A stretch of 64,000 nucleotides of DNA from Candidatus Zhuqueibacterota bacterium (GCA_049322915.1 JBMOPW010000045.1:8106-72105), one strand, 5' to 3'. Positions 38,883 through 49,069 are shown, counted from the first letter of the stretch. Program-made: numbers and translations. The notes: generated by a model not told the origin, from the sequence alone.

Positions 38883-41800
38883 ATGAAGGTGAGGTATTAT
38901 TTTTTATCGGTGATAGCATTGATGACGGTCGCCTTCAGTTGCGGCCCGGAATATATCGGTCAGAGTCCGATTATCAGCATCTCTGCTGACACTGAATTGC
39001 GGAACGGACCCGGCCCGGATTACGACAGGATCACAACGGTCAAGGCCGGAACCCAGGTCTTTCTCATGGAATCTGAGAATGACTGGCACAAAGTGCGCCT
39101 GGCAGATGGAACTATGGGGTGGATTTTCAAAGGAATCACCAAAACATCCACCGCCGAGAAAGTGGTGGTGTTGCAGGATGCCCGCATTCGGCGCGGACCA
39201 GGTGAAGAATACAGCGCATTTGCCATTGTCAAAAAAGGCAAAACACTGGATGCGCTGGGCACCCAGGGTAACTGGTACCAGGTCGATTTGACAGATGGAA
39301 AAACCGGCTGGATCTCTCACAGCGATGCGGAAAAGGTCACCCATCGGAATTTGATCGCCAACAAGGATACCGCCATTTTATTAAATCCGGACGCGAACGC
39401 TCCTGTCATGGTCATGGTGGACAAGGGTACCGAGCTCATCCAACTTAAAAAACAGGGCGGCTATTATATGGTGCGGCTTCCCGGCGGCTCGACCGGGTGG
39501 ATTCATGAAGATTACGTGGGAGCGGTGAAAGAGCGAACCCTCACTGTCAAAGAACGCGCTCTCATCCGATTTGGCCCTTCTGTCGAGTTCGACGTCGTCG
39601 GGACGGTGGAGAGAGGCGCGCGTTTGACCAAACTGGATCAGCGCGAAAGCTGGTATCAGGTGCGGACCCCGCAGGGCGAAGTAGGCTGGATTTACAAGGA
39701 TTTCATTCAGACCGTGGCCGGTACTCAGGGCAGCGTTGTATCTGAAGATCAGCCGGAATATGTAATCACAAATTCCGATTGCAACATTCGACAGGGATAT
39801 GGCACCAACTGGGAAAAGATCGCTGAAGTCAAAAAGGGGACTTTGCTTGTAAGGATCGGTCAGAAAGATGAATGGTATCGCGTCAAAATGCCGGACCAGA
39901 GAATCGGCTGGATCCGGCAGGACCTTGTGAATAGCAATGCGGATGTTCTTGTGGCGCTGGAAGATTGCAACATTCGATTGGGGCCAAGCACCAATTATCG
40001 TGTGAAGTCAACCGTCGAAAAGGGAACGCCGCTGGCAAAGATCTCAGAACAGGATGGTTGGTCGCGAGTCTATCTGCCCAATGGCGAGATTGGCTGGATC
40101 CGCAACGACCTCCGGGCTGATAAGGATGCGGCTTTAATCACGAATCAGGAATGCAATGTGCGCGAAGGGCCGGGCACAAATTACACCCAGATTGATCGGA
40201 TTTCCAAGGGCACTTCATTGAAAGAGATCGGCCGGCAGAATGAATGGCGTCAGGTTCAATTGCCATCCGGGAGAACCGGCTGGATACGGGAAGACCTGCT
40301 GGAAGGGACAGAGAATCAACTTGTCGCCAATGAACGCGCCAATCTCCGCAAAGGCCCGGGCACCGAATATGTTATTGTCACTGAAGTCGAAAAATTGACG
40401 CCGATGACGCTGATCGGAGAGCAGGGGGATTGGTACAAAGTCCGACTCAAATCCGGCACCACGGGCTGGATTCGGAAAGACCTTGTTTCCTATTCCTATT
40501 ATCCATCCGTCTCCGGTACTCAATCTCATAACTCACCCGGTAGTGGCGCATCCTCGTCTGGTGGTTCCAGTTCCAGTTCGTCGTCGCCTCTGTATTCCGG
40601 CGTCAAGATGAAAATCACCGATCCGGTGAAGATTCGGATGGGACCAGGCACCGATCACCCGGAAATTACCACGCTGACGACGGGCACGGAAGTCACGCGG
40701 ATCGATCAGCAGGGGGAGTGGTTCGAAGTGATAACGCGCAGTGGTACAAAAGGCTTTGTCCACCAGAGCGGCTTTAATATTGGCAGCCCAACCAGCCTGG
40801 TCATGAAGCAACGGGGCAATATTCGGCGCGGGCCAAGCACAAACTTCACTGTCCTGACGACGCTGGAGCAGGGCGCTGAAGTGACCAAAATTGAGCAGCG
40901 CGATGACTGGATTTATGTGAAGATTAGCAATGACGAAAAAGGCTGGATTCAAAAGGATTTGGTTGGCCCGAAAACAATAACACCGCTGGTCCCCAGCGCC
41001 AAACCGGAAATTGGCAAATTCGTGACGACAGAGAAAGTGAATATCCGTAAAGGGCCGGGGACCGATTATCCCATTGTGAGATCAGTCCTTCCCAATACGA
41101 CCGTCAATATCATTGGCAAGCACGAAGATTGGTACGAGGTGAATTTGATAACCGGCGAGTCCGGCTGGATGTTCTCCAAGCTCGGGGATAAGGAGGTCTA
41201 TAAAAAAATTATCGTGACGAACAAAACAGAGGTGCATCAGGAACCGGACTCAGAATCCGGCGTGTTGGCCAACGTGGAAGCCGGCGAAATTTTTGACCCC
41301 ATTGCCACGCAGGGGAGTTGGTACCGAATCACCTACAAGCGAGGCGACACTGGCTGGATTTCTGTGGGAAATGTGGCTGAGTTGAAGTACCCTCAGGTGT
41401 ACGTGAACTCCGGCACCGTGAATATTCATCGGAATCCCGATAAAAACGCGCCGAGAATTGCAGTCGTTAAAGAGGGTATTGAGTTAACGCCCATTAACGA
41501 GGAAGAGGATTGGCTTTTTGTGGTGTTGCCGCGCGGCGACAAAGGCTGGATTGAAAAAGCATTGGTGAATCGTCAGAAATATCCCCGCGTCATCATTGTC
41601 AAAGAGACAAAAGCCTATGAACAACCGACCAACAGCAGCCGGGCCATCGCTTCTCTGTTCACGGACGATGAATTTGCTACACTCGACAAAAAAGATAACT
41701 GGCATAAAGTCCTGCTTCGCGGGTCTGAAATCGGCTGGGTCTATGGCGGCTATTTGAAGGAGAAGTCGCGCGGAAAGCTGCTGGTGAGGGAAAATTCCAG

Positions 41801-42332
41801 GGTGCGAATGGGGCCCGGGACCGATTACAAACCGATTGGCAATGTCAGCGCCGGGGAGCAGTTGAATTGGCTGGATGAAAAAAATAACTGGTGCCAGGTT
41901 GAGATGAAGCCGAAAGAGGTGGGGTGGATTTTAGTCGACCTGGCAAAGGACATCACGCTGCCACCTGTGACTGCCTCGAAAAATGCCTCGGCCTACGCCG
42001 GGCCGGGAGCCAATTACGCTGTGGTTGGCACGGTGAAGTCCGGGACGAAGTATTCACCACGAACAAAGAAAAATGGCTGGTATCAGGTGGATTTATCCAA
42101 TGGTACCCAGGGCTGGATCAAAGAAGATGTTTTTACGTCGCAAAAAACCCGCGTTGTTTTTACTATGGAGAAGTCGAATATCCGAAGCGGACCAGGCCAG
42201 TTCTACGAAGTCGTCGAGCAAGTCGAACCAGCGACGGACCTGACGATCATTGGCATCGAAGGCGACTGGTATTATGTCGAATTGCAGGATGGAAAGAAAG
42301 GGTACATCAAGAAAGATTTGGTTTTCGAATAA
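38883..42332 (+). CDS. Lipoprotein made of 17 tandem bacterial SH3 (SH3b) domains
   Basis: Lipobox AFSC; 17 units of N(I/V)R.GP....(I/V)..V..G.......W..V....G..GWI; Ser/Gly linker after unit 8; ggagga RBS. Confidence 0.9.
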   Translation: MKVRYYFLSVIALMTVAFSCGPEYIGQSPIISISADTELRNGPGPDYDRITTVKAGTQVFLMESENDWHKVRLADGTMGWIFKGITKTSTAEKVVVLQDARIRRGPGEEYSAFAIVKKGKTLDALGTQGNWYQVDLTDGKTGWISHSDAEKVTHRNLIANKDTAILLNPDANAPVMVMVDKGTELIQLKKQGGYYMVRLPGGSTGWIHEDYVGAVKERTLTVKERALIRFGPSVEFDVVGTVERGARLTKLDQRESWYQVRTPQGEVGWIYKDFIQTVAGTQGSVVSEDQPEYVITNSDCNIRQGYGTNWEKIAEVKKGTLLVRIGQKDEWYRVKMPDQRIGWIRQDLVNSNADVLVALEDCNIRLGPSTNYRVKSTVEKGTPLAKISEQDGWSRVYLPNGEIGWIRNDLRADKDAALITNQECNVREGPGTNYTQIDRISKGTSLKEIGRQNEWRQVQLPSGRTGWIREDLLEGTENQLVANERANLRKGPGTEYVIVTEVEKLTPMTLIGEQGDWYKVRLKSGTTGWIRKDLVSYSYYPSVSGTQSHNSPGSGASSSGGSSSSSSSPLYSGVKMKITDPVKIRMGPGTDHPEITTLTTGTEVTRIDQQGEWFEVITRSGTKGFVHQSGFNIGSPTSLVMKQRGNIRRGPSTNFTVLTTLEQGAEVTKIEQRDDWIYVKISNDEKGWIQKDLVGPKTITPLVPSAKPEIGKFVTTEKVNIRKGPGTDYPIVRSVLPNTTVNIIGKHEDWYEVNLITGESGWMFSKLGDKEVYKKIIVTNKTEVHQEPDSESGVLANVEAGEIFDPIATQGSWYRITYKRGDTGWISVGNVAELKYPQVYVNSGTVNIHRNPDKNAPRIAVVKEGIELTPINEEEDWLFVVLPRGDKGWIEKALVNRQKYPRVIIVKETKAYEQPTNSSRAIASLFTDDEFATLDKKDNWHKVLLRGSEIGWVYGGYLKEKSRGKLLVRENSRVRMGPGTDYKPIGNVSAGEQLNWLDEKNNWCQVEMKPKEVGWILVDLAKDITLPPVTASKNASAYAGPGANYAVVGTVKSGTKYSPRTKKNGWYQVDLSNGTQGWIKEDVFTSQKTRVVFTMEKSNIRSGPGQFYEVVEQVEPATDLTIIGIEGDWYYVELQDGKKGYIKKDLVFE

Positions 42333-42335
42333 AAT

Positions 42336-42929
42336 ATGAAGATGAACGAGTACGTTATTCGAAGCGATCGGCGCCAATCGCTCCCTGATCCAAACACCTC
42401 GGCGCTTCTTCTCATTGACTTGCAGGAATACTTTCGTGAAATTGCAACTCCCATCATTATGAACCTTGCTCAATTAATCACCAGATGCCGTCAGCGGCAT
42501 GTGCCCATCATTTACACGCAGCATGCGCATCCGTCCCCGGAAAGCGATGGCGGAATGCTCGCCAAATGGTGGGGAGATCTGATAATCGCCGGGACGCCGG
42601 TCGCCAATATTCTGCACGAGTTATCGCCTGAACCGGCAGATAAAATTGTTCACAAAACCAGGTACAGCGCGTTCCACAACACCGATCTTCACGCTTACCT
42701 GAAGGAACAAAGGATCAGACAGGTCATCATTGCCGGAGTGATGACCAACCTGTGCTGCGAAACCACTGCCAGGGATGCTTTTGTCCGTGACTACGAAGTG
42801 TTCTTTTTGGCTGACGGCACAGCGACCGTGTCGGATCAATACCATCGGGCAACGTTGCTCAATCTGTCCTTTGGTTTCGCGCATCTCACGACCTGCTACG
42901 ACGCGGCTCGTTCGCTCGTATCGCAGTGA
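42336..42929 (+). CDS. Isochorismatase-family cysteine hydrolase
   Basis: ALLLIDLQEYF, KTRYSAF and GVMTNLCCETTARDAF (D-K-C triad). Confidence 0.92.
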   Translation: MKMNEYVIRSDRRQSLPDPNTSALLLIDLQEYFREIATPIIMNLAQLITRCRQRHVPIIYTQHAHPSPESDGGMLAKWWGDLIIAGTPVANILHELSPEPADKIVHKTRYSAFHNTDLHAYLKEQRIRQVIIAGVMTNLCCETTARDAFVRDYEVFFLADGTATVSDQYHRATLLNLSFGFAHLTTCYDAARSLVSQ

Positions 42930-42969
42930 TGGGGGAGTAAGTTGAAAATTTTTGAAAGGGATACCTATC

Positions 42970-43383
42970 GTGAAAAACTCACGTTTGCCTATGGCATGGC
43001 TGCTGCTGGCTGTCTGGCTTGTGTTCGGCGTATGCAAAAACGACGCTGATGTCGGGCGATCCGTTGCGTCGCATGCGGTTCAACCGGCGGATTCAACGCA
43101 GCAGATTCCGGCCGAATTTGACCGGAGCGGCGACGCCATCCTCCGACAACTCAGGGAAAAAGAAGCGGAATTGATCGCCAAAAAAGAGGAGTTGGACAAG
43201 ATGGCCAGTGAATTGAGCGCCAGGCAGGATGAATTGACGCAAATTCAGGCTGAGCTGAAAAATTACCGCAATGTTTCATACATCATCTTTCTGATAGGCA
43301 TTCTATTGATACTGTCCGGGCTGATTGCATCGACGCGGCGTCGCAAATCCGCGTCTCCTGAATCGGCTCCGCCGGAGCAGTAA
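42970..43383 (+). CDS. Hypothetical exported coiled-coil protein with C-terminal membrane anchor
   Basis: Hydrophobic N-terminus ending in GVC, heptad coiled coil, then YIIFLIGILLILSGLIAS-TRRRK. Start uncertain (42952, 42970 or 42991). Confidence 0.6.
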   Translation: MKNSRLPMAWLLLAVWLVFGVCKNDADVGRSVASHAVQPADSTQQIPAEFDRSGDAILRQLREKEAELIAKKEELDKMASELSARQDELTQIQAELKNYRNVSYIIFLIGILLILSGLIASTRRRKSASPESAPPEQ

Positions 43384-43569
43384 CCCGGCGCGTCGTTCGG
43401 GTTCGGGCATTGATCGCCCGGCAAACAACGCAGCGTCACTGACATGACGAGTTGTCCTGCAGATCGTGGTCAGTGCAATTGTTCATCATTCAATTCAGGT
43501 TCAAATCGGTTTCGGACGGATGGCGCCGGCGCAGCCGGATCGCATCATTTTTCGAGGAGTACTGGCGGA

Positions 43570-44217
43570 ATGGACAGAGGTGTCGGAGACGGGCGTGACA
43601 GCCTTCAAAACTACAATGAATTTTTGAAACAGTATTTCGAGCGCGAGAACAGGGATTTCGTCACGTTCCTGATACAGGAATTGGATCTGGGGTATCAGTC
43701 GCGCATCCTGCAGCTTGGCTCCGGTGCCGGCTGGCTCAGTCTGGAGCTGGCAAGACGCTTGCCTGAAGCGTCGATCGTCGGGCTGGAATCGGACCAGGCG
43801 TTGGTTCAAATGGCCTCGCAAAACCTGAAGCACATGAAACTCGCCAACCTTCGCTTTATGTGCGGAGAATTGGACCAGCTCGATATCTTTCCCAATCGGT
43901 CCTTCGATGCGGTAATTTCCAATCAGCAGTTGCACCGATGGAAATCGCCGCAGCGCATTTTCAATGAATTCAATCGGCTGCTCGAAAAGGGCGGGAAATA
44001 CGCGATCGGCGATACCCGGCGCGACCTGAAAGCCCTGGCAAAACTGGTCATCTGGTTCCGCTCGCTCACCATGCCCGGCGCATTCCGCGCGTCCTGGCGC
44101 AGCGACCTTGCCGGTAGTTACACCGTCAGCGAGGTTGTTCAGCTTTTATTGCAGACAAAATTGAAGGACTGGAAAATCCGCAGCAGCCTGTTTGATTTGT
44201 TGATTTACAAGCCATAG
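43570..44217 (+). CDS. Class I SAM-dependent methyltransferase
   Basis: ILQLGSGAG motif I variant, VGLESD, SFDAVIS and RLLEKGG; start uncertain. Confidence 0.8.
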   Translation: MDRGVGDGRDSLQNYNEFLKQYFERENRDFVTFLIQELDLGYQSRILQLGSGAGWLSLELARRLPEASIVGLESDQALVQMASQNLKHMKLANLRFMCGELDQLDIFPNRSFDAVISNQQLHRWKSPQRIFNEFNRLLEKGGKYAIGDTRRDLKALAKLVIWFRSLTMPGAFRASWRSDLAGSYTVSEVVQLLLQTKLKDWKIRSSLFDLLIYKP

Positions 44218-44366
44218 TTATTCGGACGGAAAATCGGGTCGTTCACTGATACCGCGCCCTCATGGTCTCGAATGAGTGAATTCAGTGCATTCACCTTGAC
44301 CGCAGCGCCGGGTAAGCGCCCCGACAATTGGCCCGTAACATTCAAACCAATAAAGAATGTCAGCCC

Positions 44367-46769
44367 ATGATTATCAAAAGCCTTCATTTGCAATACTATC
44401 GTCGCTTCAAAAATTTGGATCTGGAACTGCCGGAGAATCTGGTGGGCATTGTCGGCAGCAACGGCTCCGGCAAGACCACCATTGTGGAAGCCATTGGCTG
44501 GTGTTTGTACGGCAACCGGATCAAGCGCACGGACAAGCTGGATATTCGCTCCCAGTTTTGTGACCCATCGGATGTCTGTTCAGTGGAAATGGTGTTTCGC
44601 TGCGGGGAGCATGAATATCGAATCCTTCGCCAGATGCGGGGAAAGGCGGCTGCCACCGAGGCGGCGATTTATCTGAATTCCGGGGTAGAACCGGAGGCGG
44701 TGCAGGAGCGCGGTGTGAATGAGTACGTGGAGAATTTGCTCAATCTCGATTATCGGTCGTTCTTCATCTCGGTATTTGCCAGGCAACGGGATCTGGCTGC
44801 GCTTTCCGCGTTACAGCCGGAGGAGCGGCGCAAGAGCATTGCCCGACTGATAAACATCGAGGCCGTTGATCGGGCGAGAAACGAGATGCGCACGGATCGG
44901 TCCAATAAAGAAGCGCGCAAAAGCGGCATCGAGTCCAGCCTGAAGAATGAGCAGGAGTTGAAGGAGCAGCAGCGGCAGTTGAAACTGGAACTGACGGCTC
45001 GGGAAAAATCCAAGAAAGAACTGAAACATCAGTTGACGTGTGCGCAGGAAGAGCATCAGGCTGTCAAGTCGGAATTTGAAAAGCTCAATGCGCTGAGGGA
45101 CCAGCATCAGCAGATACAGGCGCGGATCGAAAAATGGAATGAGCGCAAATCCAATTTTGAGTCGCAGAGGAACAAACACCTGCAGCAGATTGAAGTGATT
45201 CAAAAAGCGGAAAGGGAGTTGAAAATCTTGCAGCCGCAACTGGTGGATTACAAGCTGGTTCAAAAAGAAAAAGAGCGGCTGGACAGGGAGAGCAATCGTT
45301 TCATCGAAATGAAGGGCAAGCAGGATGAGCTGCAGCGACTGACGCAGCGATTCACGCGCGAGCAGGTGAATCTGACCCGGTTGGAGGAAGAGCAGAAGGC
45401 GCTCACCGGAATTGACGCGAAGGCGACGCAGGAGGAAGAACGGCTCCTGCAACTGGAGCAGCAACGAGAGCGATTGCGCCAGGAAATGGCTCAGCTACAG
45501 GGACTGAAGACCAATGTCAAAGAGAAGGGCGTGGAGATCAAGGCCAAACAGACCCGAATCAGCGAGCTCGGCCCGGAAAGTCCCTGTCCTGTCTGCACGC
45601 GGCCATTGAAGGATCACTACGGGCAGGTGCTGAGCGAGTTCGAAACAGAATTGAAAACGCTCCGCCAGCAATATGTCCAGTACGACCAGAAGGAAAATGA
45701 AAAGCAAGAAGAAATTGACCGGGCGGATGGCGAGTTGAAAAATTTGAAGAAGCAACGCGATGGCCTGCTGCAGGCCCGGGAGCAATTCAAAGAACGGGAG
45801 AAGCAGCGGAAACAGCTCCACGAGAGCGTGACTGAAACCGGGCTGAGTATCAAAACAATCAAGGGTGAAATCACCGCGCTGGGCAAAGTGGATTACGACG
45901 AGAAACGCCATCAGGAATTTAAAAAGAATTTCAAAAAGATGACCGAACTCCGCGACCAGTTACTGAAATGTGAGGAGCAGGCGAAGCGCCTGCCGGACGT
46001 GCAGCAGGAGATCGATCAGATTGAATCGACGCTGAAAGATCTGACGGCTGAAATTCAAGTGGAATTGGAGCGAAAAAAGGAGCTTGGATTTGACGAAATC
46101 GCCTTTCAAATGGTGAAGCAGCGGCTGGAAAAGAAACAGAATGAAGTGGAACTTGTGAAGGATGATATTCATAAAGCGGAGCAGGAGATCATCAAAATTT
46201 CCAAAGATAAAGACCATGTTTCCAATGAGCTGAATACAATCCAGAAGCTGCAGGAAGAGATCAAACAGATCGACGAGGAGATCGTTTACCTCAAGGCATT
46301 GGATCACCATTTCGGCAATTTCAGGCAGGAATTGACCGGCAGAATCCGTCCCATCATCGCCAGCCGGGCGTCGGAACTGCTGCATGTAACGACGAGTGGC
46401 CGCTATTCGTTTCTGGAACTCGATGAGGATTACAATCTGTACCTGTACGACCAGGCCAGTCGCTTCCCATTGGCGCGTTTTTCCGGGGGAGAGCAGGATC
46501 TGGCAAATCTCTGCCTGCGCATTGCCATCAGCCAGGTGGTGGCCGAACGCTCCGGCCGGTCGCGAATTAATTTCATCGTGCTCGATGAAATCTTCGGCTC
46601 CCAGGATGAACAACGCAAAGAATTGATCCTGACCGCATTGCAGCAGTTGTATTCCCAGTTCCGGCAGATTTTTATCATCACCCACATCGATAGTGTTAAA
46701 GACGCGCTGCCAGTTGTGATTTCAGTGACAGAAAAGTCGCTGGAAGAAAGCGTCGCCGTGCTGGTCTGA
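44367..46769 (+). CDS. sbcC: Rad50/SbcC-family SMC ATPase
   Basis: Walker A GSNGSGKTT, Q-loop ARQ, long coiled coil with central CPVC zinc hook, FSGGE signature, IVLDEIFGSQD Walker B/D-loop and ITH. Confidence 0.88.
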   Translation: MIIKSLHLQYYRRFKNLDLELPENLVGIVGSNGSGKTTIVEAIGWCLYGNRIKRTDKLDIRSQFCDPSDVCSVEMVFRCGEHEYRILRQMRGKAAATEAAIYLNSGVEPEAVQERGVNEYVENLLNLDYRSFFISVFARQRDLAALSALQPEERRKSIARLINIEAVDRARNEMRTDRSNKEARKSGIESSLKNEQELKEQQRQLKLELTAREKSKKELKHQLTCAQEEHQAVKSEFEKLNALRDQHQQIQARIEKWNERKSNFESQRNKHLQQIEVIQKAERELKILQPQLVDYKLVQKEKERLDRESNRFIEMKGKQDELQRLTQRFTREQVNLTRLEEEQKALTGIDAKATQEEERLLQLEQQRERLRQEMAQLQGLKTNVKEKGVEIKAKQTRISELGPESPCPVCTRPLKDHYGQVLSEFETELKTLRQQYVQYDQKENEKQEEIDRADGELKNLKKQRDGLLQAREQFKEREKQRKQLHESVTETGLSIKTIKGEITALGKVDYDEKRHQEFKKNFKKMTELRDQLLKCEEQAKRLPDVQQEIDQIESTLKDLTAEIQVELERKKELGFDEIAFQMVKQRLEKKQNEVELVKDDIHKAEQEIIKISKDKDHVSNELNTIQKLQEEIKQIDEEIVYLKALDHHFGNFRQELTGRIRPIIASRASELLHVTTSGRYSFLELDEDYNLYLYDQASRFPLARFSGGEQDLANLCLRIAISQVVAERSGRSRINFIVLDEIFGSQDEQRKELILTALQQLYSQFRQIFIITHIDSVKDALPVVISVTEKSLEESVAVLV

Positions 46770-46793
46770 TCGAAAAAAGGAGAGCGCCAAACA

Positions 46794-47108
46794 ATGACCG
46801 AAAATGACCTGGAACAGCCTGAACCCGGGGAATCAGAGGAGGAGTATTTTTCCGAGCCGATCATCGTCACGGATGTGCTGGATCTGCACGGATTTTTTCC
46901 TGAGCAGGTTCACGAGATCGTGACAGAGTTCATCCGGAATGCAATGGAATTGAAGCTGACGATGCTGCGCATCATTCACGGCAAGGGGCGGAGCAAGCTG
47001 AAATGGACCGTGCACCAGGTCCTCAATGAAAATCCACATGTGGCGCGATTCGGCGACGCCCGGCCTGAAATGGGAGGGTGGGGCGCGACGATTGTGGAAC
47101 TGAAATAG
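46794..47108 (+). CDS. Stand-alone Smr (small MutS-related) domain protein
   Basis: LDLHG, IIHGKG and GGWGAT motifs; aggag RBS. Confidence 0.9.
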   Translation: MTENDLEQPEPGESEEEYFSEPIIVTDVLDLHGFFPEQVHEIVTEFIRNAMELKLTMLRIIHGKGRSKLKWTVHQVLNENPHVARFGDARPEMGGWGATIVELK

Positions 47109-47399
47109 CGGCCCCGGATTCGACGTGTTCCACCGACCCGATGCCTCAGTGTGTATCTGCGAAAAACATACCCCTTTTCCCCCCACCGCGCTCTTGCTGA
47201 CAGCCCTGTCGGAGCCAATTATCCCCTGCCTGTGCCAGCGACGGATGCGGTCAATTCTTCGTCAATTGGGAAAAATTTTCCTCCTTTTGATACACTTGCC
47301 GCTTTGCTATAAATTCCCTGCGATTTAACAGTGTCCGGTAATTTTCACATTTTCAAGGGACTGAGCCATTACCATAACTTCATCGGATTTCCATCTTTG

Positions 47400-47415
47400 T
47401 GGAACGAAGTTTGCA
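47400..47415 (+). promoter_or_regulatory. Sigma54 (-24/-12) promoter candidate
   Basis: TGGAACGAAGTTTGCA = GG-N10-GC with TTGCA, about 115 nt upstream of the HTH gene. Confidence 0.55.
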
Positions 47416-47531
47416 ATCGGTCATTTCGAATGGATTGAAAAACATCCAAACTACCTAATATTGATACGATTAACGGATTTGATTCTACAGGCTGCGGCGG
47501 GGAACCGTGGTGTGGAAGCTGAGGTGACTTG

Positions 47532-47798
47532 ATGAGGACGATTCTGGATTCGGAATTGCTGACATTGCGCGAGGCTCAGAGATTGCTGAACGTGAACAGG
47601 TGCGAAATAATGGAAATGATCGAGACTGGCCAATTGGCCACTGTGGAAACAGGCTCGAACATTCGAATAGAAGGTCGGATATTGAAGATCTTATTGGCGT
47701 GCAGTTGCATAAATCTCAATGAAAACGAGGCGCTCGATCATGTATGCGAATGCGATGCCTCGGATTATGAAATAGAAATGATCTCGGATTGGACGTAA
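47532..47798 (+). CDS. Small excisionase/MerR-like HTH DNA-binding protein with Cys-rich acidic tail
   Basis: LLTLREAQRLLNV...I..MIETGQL...G..IRI pattern; gaggtg RBS; CSC...CEC tail. Confidence 0.65.
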   Translation: MRTILDSELLTLREAQRLLNVNRCEIMEMIETGQLATVETGSNIRIEGRILKILLACSCINLNENEALDHVCECDASDYEIEMISDWT

Positions 47799-47825
47799 TT
47801 TTGAGTGACAACGACAATGAAGTTG

Positions 47826-49031
47826 TCATTTGAATTCGAAAACTGCTTTTACGACGGATGAGTTTTTTTTATCGGTAACAATGCGCAGCGCGTCGCGGTA
47901 ATTTTCCAGTCGGAACCGATGGGTGATGAGCCCGTCGAGATTGAGCTTTTTCTCCGTTACAAACCGCATTGCCAGATCGAAGGTCGAAATTTTCTCGCCG
48001 TAAAAATCCTCCTGACCGTGGCAGAAACTGCCCAGTATTTGAATTTCCTGAAATACAATCGGGGTGTAGTCAAACCGGGACGGGCTGTAATCGACGCCGA
48101 CCAGGACGATGGTTCCGCCGGCCTTGCACCAGCGCGCTGCATGGTGTATCGATTCTCCTTTTCCCACGCAATCAAATATCACATCGTAACCGCCTAATAG
48201 CATGTGGTTGTTGAACATGCCGGCGTAATGCTTTGCTCCGGTGATTTCAGCGATTTTTTCGTACTGATTTTTTCCGGAAAGAATGACATCCGCGCCAGCG
48301 CGTTGCGCCAGCTCCATCTGGTAGGGGTGGCGCGCAAGAACGGTGACGCGGCACTCCGGTTGCACGAGCTTGATCACCTTCACCGTCAGCAATCCGATGA
48401 TGCCCGCGCCAATCACCAGCACAGAGTCCCCGGCAGCCGGCTTCTTTTTCAGCACCGCCCGCACAGCGACTGCGGCTGGTTCGATGAGCACGGCCTGGTC
48501 GTCGGTCAGTGAATCGGGCGCAGGCAGGATGTTGCTCTCGTGGCTCAGAAATAATTCACTCCAGCCTCCGCCGATGTTTTCCGGGAGCGTCCCCTCGGAT
48601 TGATTCTCGCACAATGCATAATTCCCTTTGGCGCACTGGGCGCATATCGGCTCGATTTCCTTCTGAAAACAATTCGGCATTGTCTTTTGAAAAATGACGC
48701 GATCTCCAATTTTGAACCCTGTCACGCGCGATCCCACCTCGATCACTTCACCGCAGATTTCATGTCCCAGAAAAACCCGCGAAAGCCCGGGCAGCGCTGC
48801 CAGCGATATTTTGGGATTCGCTTCCAGAAAAAACAGGCTGAGATCGCTGCCACAAATCCCGGACAACCGATTTTTGATGCGCACCCATTTGGATCCTGGC
48901 AAAGGGATTTCTGACAATTCACCGAAGGAGACCGGCGATATACGGCTGTAAAACACGTTTTTCCAGAGCCGGCCGATCACCTGCGTGAGAAGAATTTTGG
49001 GAATATTCAAATCGAAATAGATCGATTTCAT
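47826..49031 (-). CDS. Zn-dependent medium-chain dehydrogenase
   Basis: GICGSD, LGHE, C..C..G....C, IEP, GAGIIG and ITHRF. Confidence 0.9.
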   Translation of the reverse strand: MKSIYFDLNIPKILLTQVIGRLWKNVFYSRISPVSFGELSEIPLPGSKWVRIKNRLSGICGSDLSLFFLEANPKISLAALPGLSRVFLGHEICGEVIEVGSRVTGFKIGDRVIFQKTMPNCFQKEIEPICAQCAKGNYALCENQSEGTLPENIGGGWSELFLSHESNILPAPDSLTDDQAVLIEPAAVAVRAVLKKKPAAGDSVLVIGAGIIGLLTVKVIKLVQPECRVTVLARHPYQMELAQRAGADVILSGKNQYEKIAEITGAKHYAGMFNNHMLLGGYDVIFDCVGKGESIHHAARWCKAGGTIVLVGVDYSPSRFDYTPIVFQEIQILGSFCHGQEDFYGEKISTFDLAMRFVTEKKLNLDGLITHRFRLENYRDALRIVTDKKNSSVVKAVFEFK

Positions 49032-49069
49032 TCATGGCCTCCGAAAAGTGAATCCCATTCGCCGCAACT

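Noticed and set aside
38883..42332. Periodic DNA similarity as a CRISPR-like or DGR-type repeat array
   Set aside because: The repeats are degenerate, in-frame protein domains; there are no identical repeats with spacers, no cas genes and no reverse transcriptase.
47532..47798. Excisionase-like HTH as evidence for an integrated mobile element
   Set aside because: No integrase, transposase, terminal repeats or tRNA-end duplication nearby.
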